From a bacterium (GTDB lineage Bacteria; Armatimonadota; Zipacnadia; Zipacnadales; Zipacnadaceae), in the NCBI GenBank assembly GCA_030615605.1, contig JAUWYY010000005.1, forward strand, positions 119,067-183,066: a stretch of DNA of 64,000 nt. The letters are read 5' to 3'. The notes beneath the pieces are model-generated. The model ran no database searches. It saw only the letters and a program-made list of their open reading frames with translations, and was not told where the DNA came from. The translations under genes were made by a program, and so were the position numbers. Shown one piece after another: positions 26,503-36,461 of the stretch (the stretch's first letter is position 1; each line of letters starts with the position of its first letter).

Positions 26503-27546
26503 TTGCGCACTAGGCAAGGTGCGAAAACGCCGCATTGTTCGCGCGTCAAGAGGATTGAGACGATGGGTCATCTGACACTTGAGATTGGTGGAGTGAGCCT
26601 GCTGGTCCGATCCGAAGGCAAATTGTGTGCGAAGTTACGACCCCTTATGCACGGCTTTCTCGGCGAATCCAATGAGGCCGATTGCGTTGTACACGTAGTG
26701 GTACTCGAAGCGCGACCGGGTAATGGTGGTGTGACAGCAGATTGGGCGAAAGGACTGAGAACGTACGTCCAGGAGCAATGCACAAGGTTGTTTCCTAGAT
26801 CCCGCTTGGGCCCTCAGTTCGACCGGGTTGTGGAGTCGAGAGTCGGGGGTTTGTCCCCGTACTGTGACTCCGAAAGATTTCGTGATTGCTTCGACAGATT
26901 TCGCGGATGCGAAGGGGGGCACATTGTATGCCACATTGGGTTCGACCACGTCACATTCCTGGACAGGACCGAAGGGACTGGCACACTGTTTGGGCTGAGC
27001 GGCGCTTGGGGAGGTTTTCCGTGTGATCGTCGGCTGTTGTGGTTGGCCACAACTTGGTCCGCACTTGTGCCACCGTCCGATGGGCTGTTGCTGCATGCGG
27101 CAGCGATTGTGAAGGGTGCCCAGTCTTATATATTCGCTGGCGAATCCGGAGCGGGCAAGACGACGGTGGCCGAGCGATCGCCTGCAAGTAATGTGCTGAC
27201 GGACGAGATTGTGGCCGTGCGTAAGGTAGGAGACGAAGTACGCGCGTACAGCACGCCTTGGCGGCAGGCGGAGGGGACAGCGGACAAGAGCCGAGAAGCG
27301 ATTGTACAGAAGGTGTTCTTCCTTAGGCACGGGGATCGCACCTACTTCCGCGAGTGCCAACAGAATGAGGCGGTGCCCTGGCTGATCGCAACTGAATATG
27401 AGACTATGTACTCAGTACTAGTAGATCCGGCTCGGACAAAGGGAGTGTTCAGATCTTGCTGTCAGCTGGCAAACAATGTGGGCTGTTATGAGATGTACTT
27501 TCACAAGGACAGAGATTTCTGGTGCGAGTTGACCCTCTTGACATAG
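26503..27546 (+). CDS. HprK-related kinase (HPr kinase C-terminal-domain-like P-loop protein)
   Basis: P-loop 'IFAGESGAGKTTVAE' in a context resembling the HPr kinase C-domain. Clustered with PqqD and nucleotidyltransferase as in TIGRFAM 'HPr-rel' systems. Start could be the internal MGHLTL. Confidence 0.55.
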   Translation: MRTRQGAKTPHCSRVKRIETMGHLTLEIGGVSLLVRSEGKLCAKLRPLMHGFLGESNEADCVVHVVVLEARPGNGGVTADWAKGLRTYVQEQCTRLFPRSRLGPQFDRVVESRVGGLSPYCDSERFRDCFDRFRGCEGGHIVCHIGFDHVTFLDRTEGTGTLFGLSGAWGGFPCDRRLLWLATTWSALVPPSDGLLLHAAAIVKGAQSYIFAGESGAGKTTVAERSPASNVLTDEIVAVRKVGDEVRAYSTPWRQAEGTADKSREAIVQKVFFLRHGDRTYFRECQQNEAVPWLIATEYETMYSVLVDPARTKGVFRSCCQLANNVGCYEMYFHKDRDFWCELTLLT

Positions 27547-27566
27547 ATTGAGGTATGTGGTATAAT
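27538..27566 (+). promoter_or_regulatory. consensus sigma70 promoter: TTGACA-17nt-TGgTATAAT
   Basis: TTGACA at 27538-27543, exactly 17 nt, then TATAAT at 27561-27566 preceded by TGg (extended -10). It overlaps the kinase stop codon and is oriented toward the precursor-peptide ORF about 320 nt downstream. Confidence 0.6.
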
Positions 27567-27892
27567 ATGTCCCTGGGGTAGCCGAGTGTGGCTCACGGAA
27601 CAGGAGGACAAACGCGAACCAACCACATGAGTGCACGGTGTTACATGATCCACGGGGGAAATGGCTCCAGAATTGGCCCTGGGGGGGAGTGGTGAGTCTG
27701 GCCGGGTAAGCCCTCGGAAGAACGGCTGCGGAGTCTACACAAGGTGGGACCTCGCGGCTCAGCCCCGGCTCAGAGCGACGAAAACCAGCGTGTGCTTGAG
27801 GCGAAGAATAGACTAGAGCGCAAAACGAAGTGCCAACTAGGCGCCACTAGTATGTTAGCATATTGCGTGAAGCTAAAGGCAGGTGTGTGAAC

Positions 27893-28093
27893 ATGGGTGA
27901 ATTAGATAGTAAGACTGCTATAGGATCGACGGACAGCGAAATCAGTGTCCAGTACGAGCCGCCTCGTGTGCTTGATCTCGGGGAGCTCGGCGAACAGGCG
28001 TGGGGGGCCGGACCTTTGGGAACGTGCACGAGTCCCGGAAACAGCCCAGGTAGACCCGGCACGTGCGTGAATCCCGGCAATAGCCCATTGTAA
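27893..28093 (+). CDS. candidate RiPP precursor peptide (66 aa) with tandem Cys-containing core repeat
   Basis: RBS 'AGGCAGGTGTGTGAAC-ATG'. Acidic leader 'MGELDSKTAIGSTDSEISVQYEPPRVLDLGELGEQAWGAGP'. Core 'LGTCTSPGNSPGRPGTCVNPGNSPL' is two copies of GTCxxPGNSP. Located between the maturase genes and the ABC exporter. Confidence 0.55.
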   Translation: MGELDSKTAIGSTDSEISVQYEPPRVLDLGELGEQAWGAGPLGTCTSPGNSPGRPGTCVNPGNSPL

Positions 28094-29018
28094 TAGCGCC
28101 ACGTCGAACAGAAACCGTCCGCGGATGCTGCGCGGCCAAGCAGGCGGGTGGGGGCCATATAGTGTGCAGGTCGGGCAAACTGCTGCCCACCACGCAACGA
28201 ACTGGGCGCAGAGTGGTGCTCGGGTCCGGAGGAAGCGGGTGGGTGTCGCGATCAGTGTACGTTGTGGCCTACTGGGATGCGTGCAGACGGGTAGCTATGT
28301 GAGCGCTGTATCTATTGCCCACAGTACGTTTTGGTGCAAAGTGTGGAAGCCGGTCCTTCAGCGACGAGGTGGGATAATGAACGGCTTTGTGCGGAGAGAG
28401 ACAAGGCCGTGCAGGTTGTGGAACGAGTTCTTCGATCTCCGTGGCACTCGGTGGTGACGATACCATGCGTGGATGTCAGCGGGAGCCGGTATCGGGGCGG
28501 GACAGTGGCTTCCCGAGTGGTGAGACATGTCATACGTACTGGCACCGGAAGTGCGGAGCTGTCTGTGTAGTACGGCAACCATCGGGCAGACATTAAGAGT
28601 CAGCCTTATCAAGAGTTGTCGAGGGCTGCGACAAACAAATTATCTGGGCGACACACCCAAAACTCCTGAGTTATTCACTGGTGCGGCAGACTGGCTGAGG
28701 GCACACACATGTGGGTGCCGTGGTGATTGGCTTCTCCAGAAGCCGGGGTGCTCGCACACACTGGTATTAGCGGCTCTCCCATGCTGATTGCACTCATGTA
28801 CAACGGAGTCGCCTCTATCTTGCGCCTGCTCACATGGTTCCTATCGCCGCATTTCGGACGCGATCCCATTCAGAGCAAGGAGGTTCCCCACTCGTCAGGC
28901 TTATGATAGGAGGAGCGCAAGGAGTCCCGCAACCCCCCACAACGCGGGCGTCTGCGCGTTTTCCAACCAATGCTTTCGTGTCTGCCTCACCGTGCTCCCA
29001 CCGTGGATTCTCCGAGAG

Positions 29019-30953
29019 CTACATGCGGTAACGCTCTGCTTGCAAGCCGAACAATTTCGCATAAGTGCCACCAATACACAGCAGGGCCTCATGCGAGCCG
29101 GCCTCAATGATTCTACCGTTTGCCAGCACGAGGATATGATGGGCCATCCTCGTCGTAGAAAACCGATGCGAGATCAACAAGGTCGTCTTGCCGGTCGCCA
29201 ATTTGCCGGCTCGCTTGTATAGATCATGTTCGGCCCTAGCATCAAGCGCTGCCGTAGGCTCATCGAGTACTACAATCGGCGTATCGCGCATAAAGCCGCG
29301 TGCTAGTGCGATCTTTTGCCATTCGCCAGTTGAAAGATCTGTCGATCCCTCAAAGGTACGTCCAAGAACTGTGTCATAGCCCTTTGCCAGCTTCGCAATC
29401 AACTGGTCGGCTGCTGAGCGCTCGGCTGCCCGGGCGACTGATGCCATGTCGTCAACTTGGCTGACGTCACCGAGTCCAACGTTGTCCCGCGCTGTCAACT
29501 CATAACGGACAAAGTCCTGGAAAACCACACTGAACAACCCTCGTAGATAGTCTACATCGTAGTCCCTAATATCTAATCCGTCAAGAAGAATCTGTCCTTC
29601 CACAGGATCATACAGACGTAGGAGCAGCTTTACGAGCGTACTCTTCCCAGCACCGTTTTCTCCGACCAGAGCAGCAGTTGTGCCACCATCAATCCCAAGC
29701 GTCACCCCCTGTAAGACCATCTGGTTCGTACCAGGATATCGAAAATGAACGTTCCTGAATTCTATCTCAGGCGCCTCAGACACCGAAATCATACGCTTCT
29801 CCGACTTGGGCCAGGTAGCTCCCCTGAGCAGACTTCCTTCAAGCGATTGCGGATCCAAGTCTAAGAAATCAAAAAGGTTCTGGAGAAACAAAGCCCCCTC
29901 GTACCCGTACCCGATATTCGTAGACAATATCGTAAGCTGATTGATCGTCGCCCCAATGGCTGAGAAATAGAGAGACACGTCGCCAACGCTGATGGTGCCC
30001 TGCAGAGCCCGAAGCACAACATAACCCCACCCCCCCGCGAGCCCCACGGCTGTCACTATTCCGAGCCCGAGCATCATGCGACTGCGGAGCAGCACAAGTC
30101 CCACATTCTCAGTGAAGAACTTTCGCCATACATTCCAAGTCTCGTCTATCAAGTAGTCTGCCAAGCCAAAGACGCGGATTTCCTTCGCGGCGTCTCGCCC
30201 CGTCAGCAGGTTGCAAAGGTAGGTTACCAGTCTGGTCTCGGGGGCGCGCTGTGTCACCACACTCCAGTTCAGTCGAGCATATCGGCAGTAACCTACAGCG
30301 TAGGGAAGTGAGACGGCGACCGCCCCGACTGCAGCCAGCCAGTGAAAACGAACAAGGACGACTATCATTGACGACAGGGTAACCACCGCTTGAATCAGCA
30401 TAAGGAACCATTGTATGGCACCAGCTACTCTGTCAACACTTGCCCTCGCATTCTCAAGCTTGTCGTAGAAGGTTGGGGTCTCAAAGAAAGCTAGATCCAA
30501 CCGTGCAGCCTTTCGAAGAATACGGAGATTGACGTGCTGGCGCACAAGATCTGAGAAGATCTCGCGGGTGTTGACACTCATACTCGCCTCAACCTGTCTA
30601 ATGACCAAGAGTACGAACTGGGCGCAAAGTAGCCACAATAGGGTGTGAACATTGTCCTGATGTTGTGTGTGTGTAGTCGTGATCGTGGAAGTTATCTCAT
30701 CAAGAAACAGTTTGATGATCCACATCTGGGCGACCGGCGTTAGGCCAGCCACGACGAATGGAACGATGGCGCTCAGCATTCGGCCAGGGCTCACATCCCA
30801 TCCAAGGCGAAATGCAGTTGCGTAGCTGTTGACAGTCTGTTTGACTTCCGCGGACGCCGATGCCAGCCGGTCCGTTACCCTCATCACTGTGCTCCCGCAA
30901 ACGGAGATTGTTGCCAGAGATAGCTCTCCCGAAAGAGAAGGTACGCCATTCAA
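29019..30953 (-). CDS. ABC transporter, fused permease/ATP-binding protein (exporter type)
   Basis: N-terminal six-TM domain. Walker A 'GENGAGKSTL', signature 'LSTGEWQKIALAR', Walker B 'IVVLDEPTAALD', H-loop 'LLISHR'. Confidence 0.85.
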   Translation of the reverse strand: MNGVPSLSGELSLATISVCGSTVMRVTDRLASASAEVKQTVNSYATAFRLGWDVSPGRMLSAIVPFVVAGLTPVAQMWIIKLFLDEITSTITTTHTQHQDNVHTLLWLLCAQFVLLVIRQVEASMSVNTREIFSDLVRQHVNLRILRKAARLDLAFFETPTFYDKLENARASVDRVAGAIQWFLMLIQAVVTLSSMIVVLVRFHWLAAVGAVAVSLPYAVGYCRYARLNWSVVTQRAPETRLVTYLCNLLTGRDAAKEIRVFGLADYLIDETWNVWRKFFTENVGLVLLRSRMMLGLGIVTAVGLAGGWGYVVLRALQGTISVGDVSLYFSAIGATINQLTILSTNIGYGYEGALFLQNLFDFLDLDPQSLEGSLLRGATWPKSEKRMISVSEAPEIEFRNVHFRYPGTNQMVLQGVTLGIDGGTTAALVGENGAGKSTLVKLLLRLYDPVEGQILLDGLDIRDYDVDYLRGLFSVVFQDFVRYELTARDNVGLGDVSQVDDMASVARAAERSAADQLIAKLAKGYDTVLGRTFEGSTDLSTGEWQKIALARGFMRDTPIVVLDEPTAALDARAEHDLYKRAGKLATGKTTLLISHRFSTTRMAHHILVLANGRIIEAGSHEALLCIGGTYAKLFGLQAERYRM

Positions 30954-31155
30954 CCCTCGAAAACGGACTTGTCCTATGAGACTGTTCAGTTGTATAGTTT
31001 ACCTTGCCTCGTGAAGGAACGCAAGTAGGTATCACACTACTGCCTGTAGGTGGTTCGGCTTTTCGGGCTCTTGCACTACTGATCATCTTCTCAGTCCACC
31101 ACTGGACACAGTCCGCATAAGCGCTGGTCAGAAAGTGAGGCGGTAGTGGGGGCGG

Positions 31156-31900
31156 TTGAAAAGTGCGGCACCCCTTAAACTTAATCAGGGCGGGGGACTG
31201 GCCGTTCGGGAGCTACTGAGCATTGTCCCAGATGGGTTTGAGCCTACAGGAGAAGTGGTGCATACCGACATGAGATGGTGGACACAGATTCGTATCCAGG
31301 TACTGCGCGAGGGGGCCAGCAAGCGTCAGATTCTGCGAGAGACGAGCATCCACTGGAGTACGCTGCAGAAGATCCTGGAGTATCCGGAGCCTCCCGGTTA
31401 CCGACAGAGCAAACCTCGTGCGCCCAGCCCAAGCTAGGTCCCCACATTGGTCGTATCCAGCAGTGGAACAAGACCAGACGGTGTCCAAAGAGCAGTGCCA
31501 CACCACTAAACGCATCTTTGAGCGGCTGCAAGCCGAGGGCTACATCGGCGGCTATACACAAGTGAACGCCAAGGTGCGGGGACTGCAGCAGCTCAGGCAG
31601 GGAGTTCATATGTCGCTAGCGCACCGGCCGGGCGAAGCGCAGATGGATATGGGCCAGGCCCTGGTAAAGCAACGAGGCCAGCTTGGGAAGGTGTTCTTCT
31701 TCGTAATGTGCTTGCCCTACGCGGATGCTTTGCTTGTGCAAACCTTCCCCCGCGCCTGCACCGAGACGTTCTGGGAATTCCACCGGCGGGCGTTTGCTCT
31801 CTTCGCCGGGGTCCCCCTGATCATCTACGACAATGATTGGGTGTTGATCGCTAAGATCCTGGGAGGGCATGAGCGGGCGCTGACTGGCAGCAGAGGATGA
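31156..31900 (+). pseudogene. IS21-family transposase IstA fragment (frameshifted, truncated)
   Basis: HTH 'MRWWTQIRIQVLREGASKRQILRETSIHWSTLQKIL' in one frame. A second frame carries 'TKRIFERLQAEGYIGGYTQV..PGEAQMDMG..LPYADAL..IIYDNDWV'. The protein ends prematurely. Confidence 0.6.
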
Positions 31901-31976
31901 GTCGGCCACAACGAAGGCCAGAGTACACGTTATTTGTTGGCCCGATTTGTCCGAATAGATAGGAGGACATAGTATA

Positions 31977-32339
31977 GTGGACCCCAAAAACTGGACAACA
32001 GAAATGGGTACCAGAAGTAGCATGACCAAGCGAAAGACGTATACGGCAGCCTTCAAGGCCAAGGTAGTATTAGAGCTTTTGCGGGAGGAGAAGCCGCTGG
32101 CGCAAGTGGCGGCTGAGTACGAGGTGCATCCCAGCCAGTTGCGCAAATGGAAGCAGAAGGCGGTGGAGCACCTGCCTAGCCTGTTTACAGACAGCAAGCA
32201 GGATCAGGCGCAGCAGCAAGCCGAACATCAACGCCGGCTTGAACAGCTCTACGCAGAGATCGGGCGGTTGACCACGCAGATAGGGTGGTTGAAAAAAAGC
32301 TGGTATCGACCAGCTCCCGGAGTGAGCGGCGCAAGATGA
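31977..32339 (+). mobile_element. IS3-family transposase OrfA
   Basis: 'KRKTYTAAFKAKVVLELLREEKPLAQVAAEYEVHPSQLRKWKQKAVE' (IS3 OrfA HTH), followed by a leucine zipper and the A-rich slippery region 'GGTTGAAAAAAAG'. Confidence 0.75.
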
Positions 32340-32860
32340 TCGAACGGGACCATCGACAACTGCCGCTGACGGTGCAGTGCCAGTTGCTGGGCGTAAGTCG
32401 TTCCAGTGTGTACTACCGGCCGGTGGCGGTCTCGCCTGAAGAGGTGGGGCTCAAGCACCGGATCGATGAGATCTACACGGCGTGGCCGTTTTACGGTTCG
32501 CGGCGGCTCACGGCGCAACTACGGCGGGAAGGTCATCAGATCAACCGCAAGCGGGTGCAACGCTACATGCGCGAGATGGGTATATATGCTATCTGTCCGC
32601 GGCCGAACTTGACCCGCCGAGCGGGTGGATCTATCTGGTGGCGGTGGTGGACTGGCACTCGCGCTACGTGGTCAGTTGGGAGCTGGTTCAGACCGTGGAT
32701 TACTGCACACCCTGGGAGGTCTATTCTGACTCGCTGGGCCGGCTTGCCCCCCGGGGGGGGCAGCGGTGGGCACAGCGAACAACCCTTTCAAACCCAAGCC
32801 AGGATACCAATATGAATCTAAAAAAGAGCGCTATGCCTGTCTTAACAACGGGGCCCACCT
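32285..32860 (+). pseudogene. IS3-family transposase OrfB, frameshifted and truncated
   Basis: 'LSRSSVYY..IDEIYTAWPFYGSRRLTAQLRREGHQINRKRVQRYMREMGI' in one frame. 'IYLVAVVDWHSRYVVSWEL' (DDE first-Asp region) is in another frame. No complete DDE domain. Confidence 0.65.
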
Positions 32861-33017
32861 AAGCTTCACTTGCGCTACCGGCTTGCTCAAGCTGCTTGCC
32901 GTGTTCTTTCTTCTCCCCGCTGCTTCTTTCTTAGTTCTATGTCTTCCCTCCTAGAGGAGGAGCCTTCTGCCTTGTCTACCTAACGCGCAACATCCCCATT
33001 TGTCCCATTTTCGCTGA

Positions 33018-33362
33018 GGACGTACACCGTTCACGTTTCTCGGCTTTGCCTTTGTCGCCGGACTGCTCATCTCTATCCTGGAGTTGTTCTGTACCGGCCA
33101 GATATACCTTCCTACTTTGATGTATATGTGGAGCACTGAGACTCTGCGGGCGAGGACTTTCCAATTGCTTGTGCTATATGTCGCCATGTTCACGCTGCCA
33201 ATAGTAGCGTTCACTCTAGTAGCCTACGTTGGCGCTAGCTCCCAGCACCTGGCCCAACTGACTCGCAGGCATACAGCACTCGTGAAGCTGGCGATAACCG
33301 GGTTCTTCGTTGTCTTGACCATCTACCTCGGTTCGGTTTCCTTCACCTTATTCTGGGGTTGA
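33018..33362 (+). CDS. hydrophobic membrane protein, possibly a fragment
   Basis: Three predicted TM helices. No confident start (TTG), and it abuts IS debris. Confidence 0.3.
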   Translation, partial: GRTPFTFLGFAFVAGLLISILELFCTGQIYLPTLMYMWSTETLRARTFQLLVLYVAMFTLPIVAFTLVAYVGASSQHLAQLTRRHTALVKLAITGFFVVLTIYLGSVSFTLFWG

Positions 33363-33629
33363 CCTTTTTCTCGCTACAAAGCTTACCGACTCCGAAGGAC
33401 GTACTGGCCGATGGGCTCGAGTTGCGGGCCTCGTCGTGGACGCGCAGATGCAGGAGCCAGTTGCCCAGTGCGGCCGCAGCCGGAGCAGAGGAGGCCTTGA
33501 CAGAGAGTCACCCCTGTGATATTGTCCTCCGCACCATCTGATCGCAGTTGCGGTCACCACCCCAAAGCACCGGAGGCAGCGAAGCGGCACATAACCTGCG
33601 CGCAAGTGTGTACATAATCCCCTAGTACT

Positions 33630-33845
33630 TATGTCCACAGTCGGCTAATAGATGTGTCTATAACTCGGCTTATAGACTCACTTTCCCCGACTTATGGACT
33701 CATTTTCGGCGTCCTGGCCACATTCGGCTTGAAGAATGAGTCCATATGCAGAGTTATGGACTCAATATCAAGTCACCAGCTTCAGCCGTCAGAAGACGGC
33801 TCCGAAGCGTAGAAAAATGAGTCCATAATAGTGCTTATGGTCCAA
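33630..33845. repeat. cluster of >=6 copies of a 10-bp motif TATGGACTCA / TGAGTCCATA in both orientations (putative recombinase arm/att sites)
   Basis: Copies at 33670, 33692, 33737(rc), 33755, 33818(rc) and 33836 (variant), directly upstream of the integrase gene at 33895. Confidence 0.55.
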
Positions 33846-33894
33846 CTGGCTGATTTCGCCTCCGACAACGCAAACCAGAAGGGAGCGTTGTCAG

Positions 33895-34797
33895 ATGCGA
33901 ATCGAAGAGCTGCATCAGGAGTTTCTCACTTACCTGTCCGTCGAGCGCAACTGCAGTCCCCTCACAATTCAGGCGTACAAGTCCGACGGACGAATGTTTC
34001 TTCAGTCATTGGAGGAACAGGGAGTACCCCCGGAAGTCGAGGCCATCACCAAGCAGGCTGTGCGTCAGTACGTCGTGTGGCTGCGGGAGCGGGGCCTCAA
34101 GCCGTCGTCAGTGGCCCGACGGATCAATTCTCTGCGGTCGTTCTGGAACTACCTGTGGGACAACGACTACACGAAGACCAACCCGTTCCGGCACGTGACG
34201 CTTCCCCGCCAGCCACGCAATCTGCCCACATACTTGTCCGAGGACGAGTGTCGGCGGGTGATCAAAGCTGCGGGCAACCAGCAGTGCCAGTTTGACGCCA
34301 TTCGCGACAAAGCAGTGCTGATGTTCATGATGTTCACGGGCGCTCGGCGTAGTGAAGTGCTGCGCCTGCACTGGAGCGACGTAGACTTGGACCAGCAGAT
34401 AGTGCGCTTCTCGGCAGCCAAGGGCGACCGGACGAGGGTATTACCGCTGGCGCGGGAAGTCTGCGATGTGCTGCACGAGTGGCGAGAGGTGCGGCCCGAA
34501 AGCAGCCACAGACTCGTATTCACTGCCAAGTGGGGAGCCCGACTAGGACGCTATGGACTCGCGAGCGCACTGCGTCGAGCACTGGAGTCGGCAGGTATCG
34601 ACCGGCCCGACATTACACCCCACAAACTGCGCCACTCATTTGCCTGCATGCTGCTGAGCAACGGTGCTGACCTGCACTGCCTGCAGGAGATGCTGGGCCA
34701 CAGCCGCCTGGACACAACCGGCATCTATCTGCATGCCACAGCCGACAGCCTCCGCGCTGCCATGAGAAGACATCCGCTGTCGAGCGACTGCGGTTAG
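33895..34797 (+). CDS. tyrosine recombinase XerC/XerD-like integrase
   Basis: 'TGARRSEVLRL', 'HKLRHSFACML', 'LGHSRLDTTGIYLH' catalytic motifs. SAM-like N-terminal domain 'LTYLSVERNCSPLTIQAYKSD'. Confidence 0.85.
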   Translation: MRIEELHQEFLTYLSVERNCSPLTIQAYKSDGRMFLQSLEEQGVPPEVEAITKQAVRQYVVWLRERGLKPSSVARRINSLRSFWNYLWDNDYTKTNPFRHVTLPRQPRNLPTYLSEDECRRVIKAAGNQQCQFDAIRDKAVLMFMMFTGARRSEVLRLHWSDVDLDQQIVRFSAAKGDRTRVLPLAREVCDVLHEWREVRPESSHRLVFTAKWGARLGRYGLASALRRALESAGIDRPDITPHKLRHSFACMLLSNGADLHCLQEMLGHSRLDTTGIYLHATADSLRAAMRRHPLSSDCG

Positions 34798-35766
34798 TGT
34801 CGACACCTCGTCGACGGTAGCAGCGCTATCACGAAGCGCTGGCAAGCTGCGGCAAAGGGATGTCTACCGGGGCCGCACGGAGCAAGTGCTCAGCAGCAGA
34901 AAGGAGGTAAGCGGCGAACTGTACAGCGGGGCGCCATCATAACCTGGCGCTAATCAGCAGTACTGGGCGAGTTAACCAAAAAGGGGCCAAGTTGCACCCT
35001 ACCTTTGGCCCTCAAATGCCCAAGAGGTTCTGACGACGTACACCTCGAAGTCCCACTCTTCGTGATTTACGCTTTGATGGCCGAGTAGCATCGAGGGGCA
35101 CCAAAACGCGAATCAGCTATACCTCGATGCGGAAATCAAGACATTTCGCCTGTCCCAACAAGCTTACTCACTGTGGCTGTCACAGCCCTAAATGGCGAAA
35201 AGGAAGCTCCTAAATCTGCTACTATTAAACTGCACCTTCGATGGCGAAAACCTATACGCCATATACACAAAACCCTTCTGCTGGTTGGCAGAAGGGGCTG
35301 CTCGTCCTGACTGGCTCCCCCTACCGGACGATTATCGCAACTTTTTCGGAAGCAATGAGTGCCGGGAGCTTGCACTCGCAATCTAGCTGAAAGTCGCGTT
35401 TCGGGGGCAAACGCAACAACTCTTCAAGCTTCGTTCGTAGTGAGGAGTGTCGCCAACTGTCCGGAGTCACGTCGTGACCGCTGGCTGCACCAACTGCAGC
35501 CATTCTGCCTTCGTATTCCAGAGAGTGTGTCTATAAGCCGAGTGATAGGACACTTTCTTGAGCGATTCTTGAGCATTTTCGTGCCAAAGTGGGCCCATAA
35601 GTGGGTGGCTGGGACATCCTCCATCTTGAGACATTGGACAGCTTACTTTGTACATCATTAGTTCCCCGCCGAATCGATTTGTCCTCCTTGCTCCGAAAGT
35701 TCCGGTGACATAGACGCAGTTGCGATATTGCCTCTTCCTTGCATCCATATTCCTCAAATACCAACA

Positions 35767-36288
35767 CTACACCTGGACTCGTTTTCGGGGGCAAGGCCAG
35801 GGCAAGCGAAACAAGTCAGCTTTCGCCTGCAGATGAGCAGCATCAATGATGCGCAGCCGGTCGCTTACCAATCCCGCCTCGCGGGCCTCGGTGATGATCT
35901 CATTGAATATCTGCTGAAACTTCTCGAGTCCCAGACGGCTGCGGAATCGTGAGATGATGGAGTGATCCGGCAGTTCCAAATCATAGGCGTCCACGGCGCT
36001 GTTTTGGACGGTCCTCAGCACCTGTTCGGTCAGACTATTCATGCACCGTTCGCGCGCTTCCCGCCAGTCATCAGTAGACGAAAGAAAATCAGGCGGTTCC
36101 TTCCAGATTGCACCAATCAGGTTCAAGAGGGTAGCGGAAGAGCCGCTGGCCACGACTGGCTCATAGACGAAGCCCACTACGGGGTCAGCTATCCACCCCT
36201 TGGCCTTGGCGGATATTAGCGGATTGCCTTTGCGGTTACGGTCATCTTCATACTCGTACACACCCACGAGAGCTACCCACGCGACCAC
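35767..36288 (-). pseudogene. IS5/IS1182-like transposase N-terminal fragment (DUF772-type)
   Basis: 'DAYDLELPDHSIISRFRSRLGLEKFQQIFNEIITEAREAGLVSDRLRIIDAAHLQA' matches the transposase N-terminal domain. No DDE domain follows. Confidence 0.5.
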
Positions 36289-36461
36289 GGGCCGATCATC
36301 CGTGGCCCGAAATCTATCGCCAAGTGCGAGGCATTTGGAGCAAGCGGACTACAGAAAGCATGTTAGGCGACCAAGAGCTGATTCGGCTGACTTTTCGTCG
36401 CGGCTAGCCTTGACACCATCGCCCCAGCTCAAAAAAAGGTTCCAGAGCGCGACCGAAATTC

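Noticed and set aside
26635-27360. 241-aa minus-strand ORF
   Set aside because: It is antisense to the HprK-related kinase gene. Its composition is Arg/Pro-rich, typical of GC-rich antisense frames.
27572-27892. Possible RNase P / SRP / tmRNA gene in the long leader
   Set aside because: There are only short partial resemblances ('GGAAAUGGCUCC', 'CCCCGGCUCAG', a GGAA-tetraloop hairpin). Motif order and length do not fit RNase P, 4.5S or tmRNA. It is kept as a leader or unknown RNA only.
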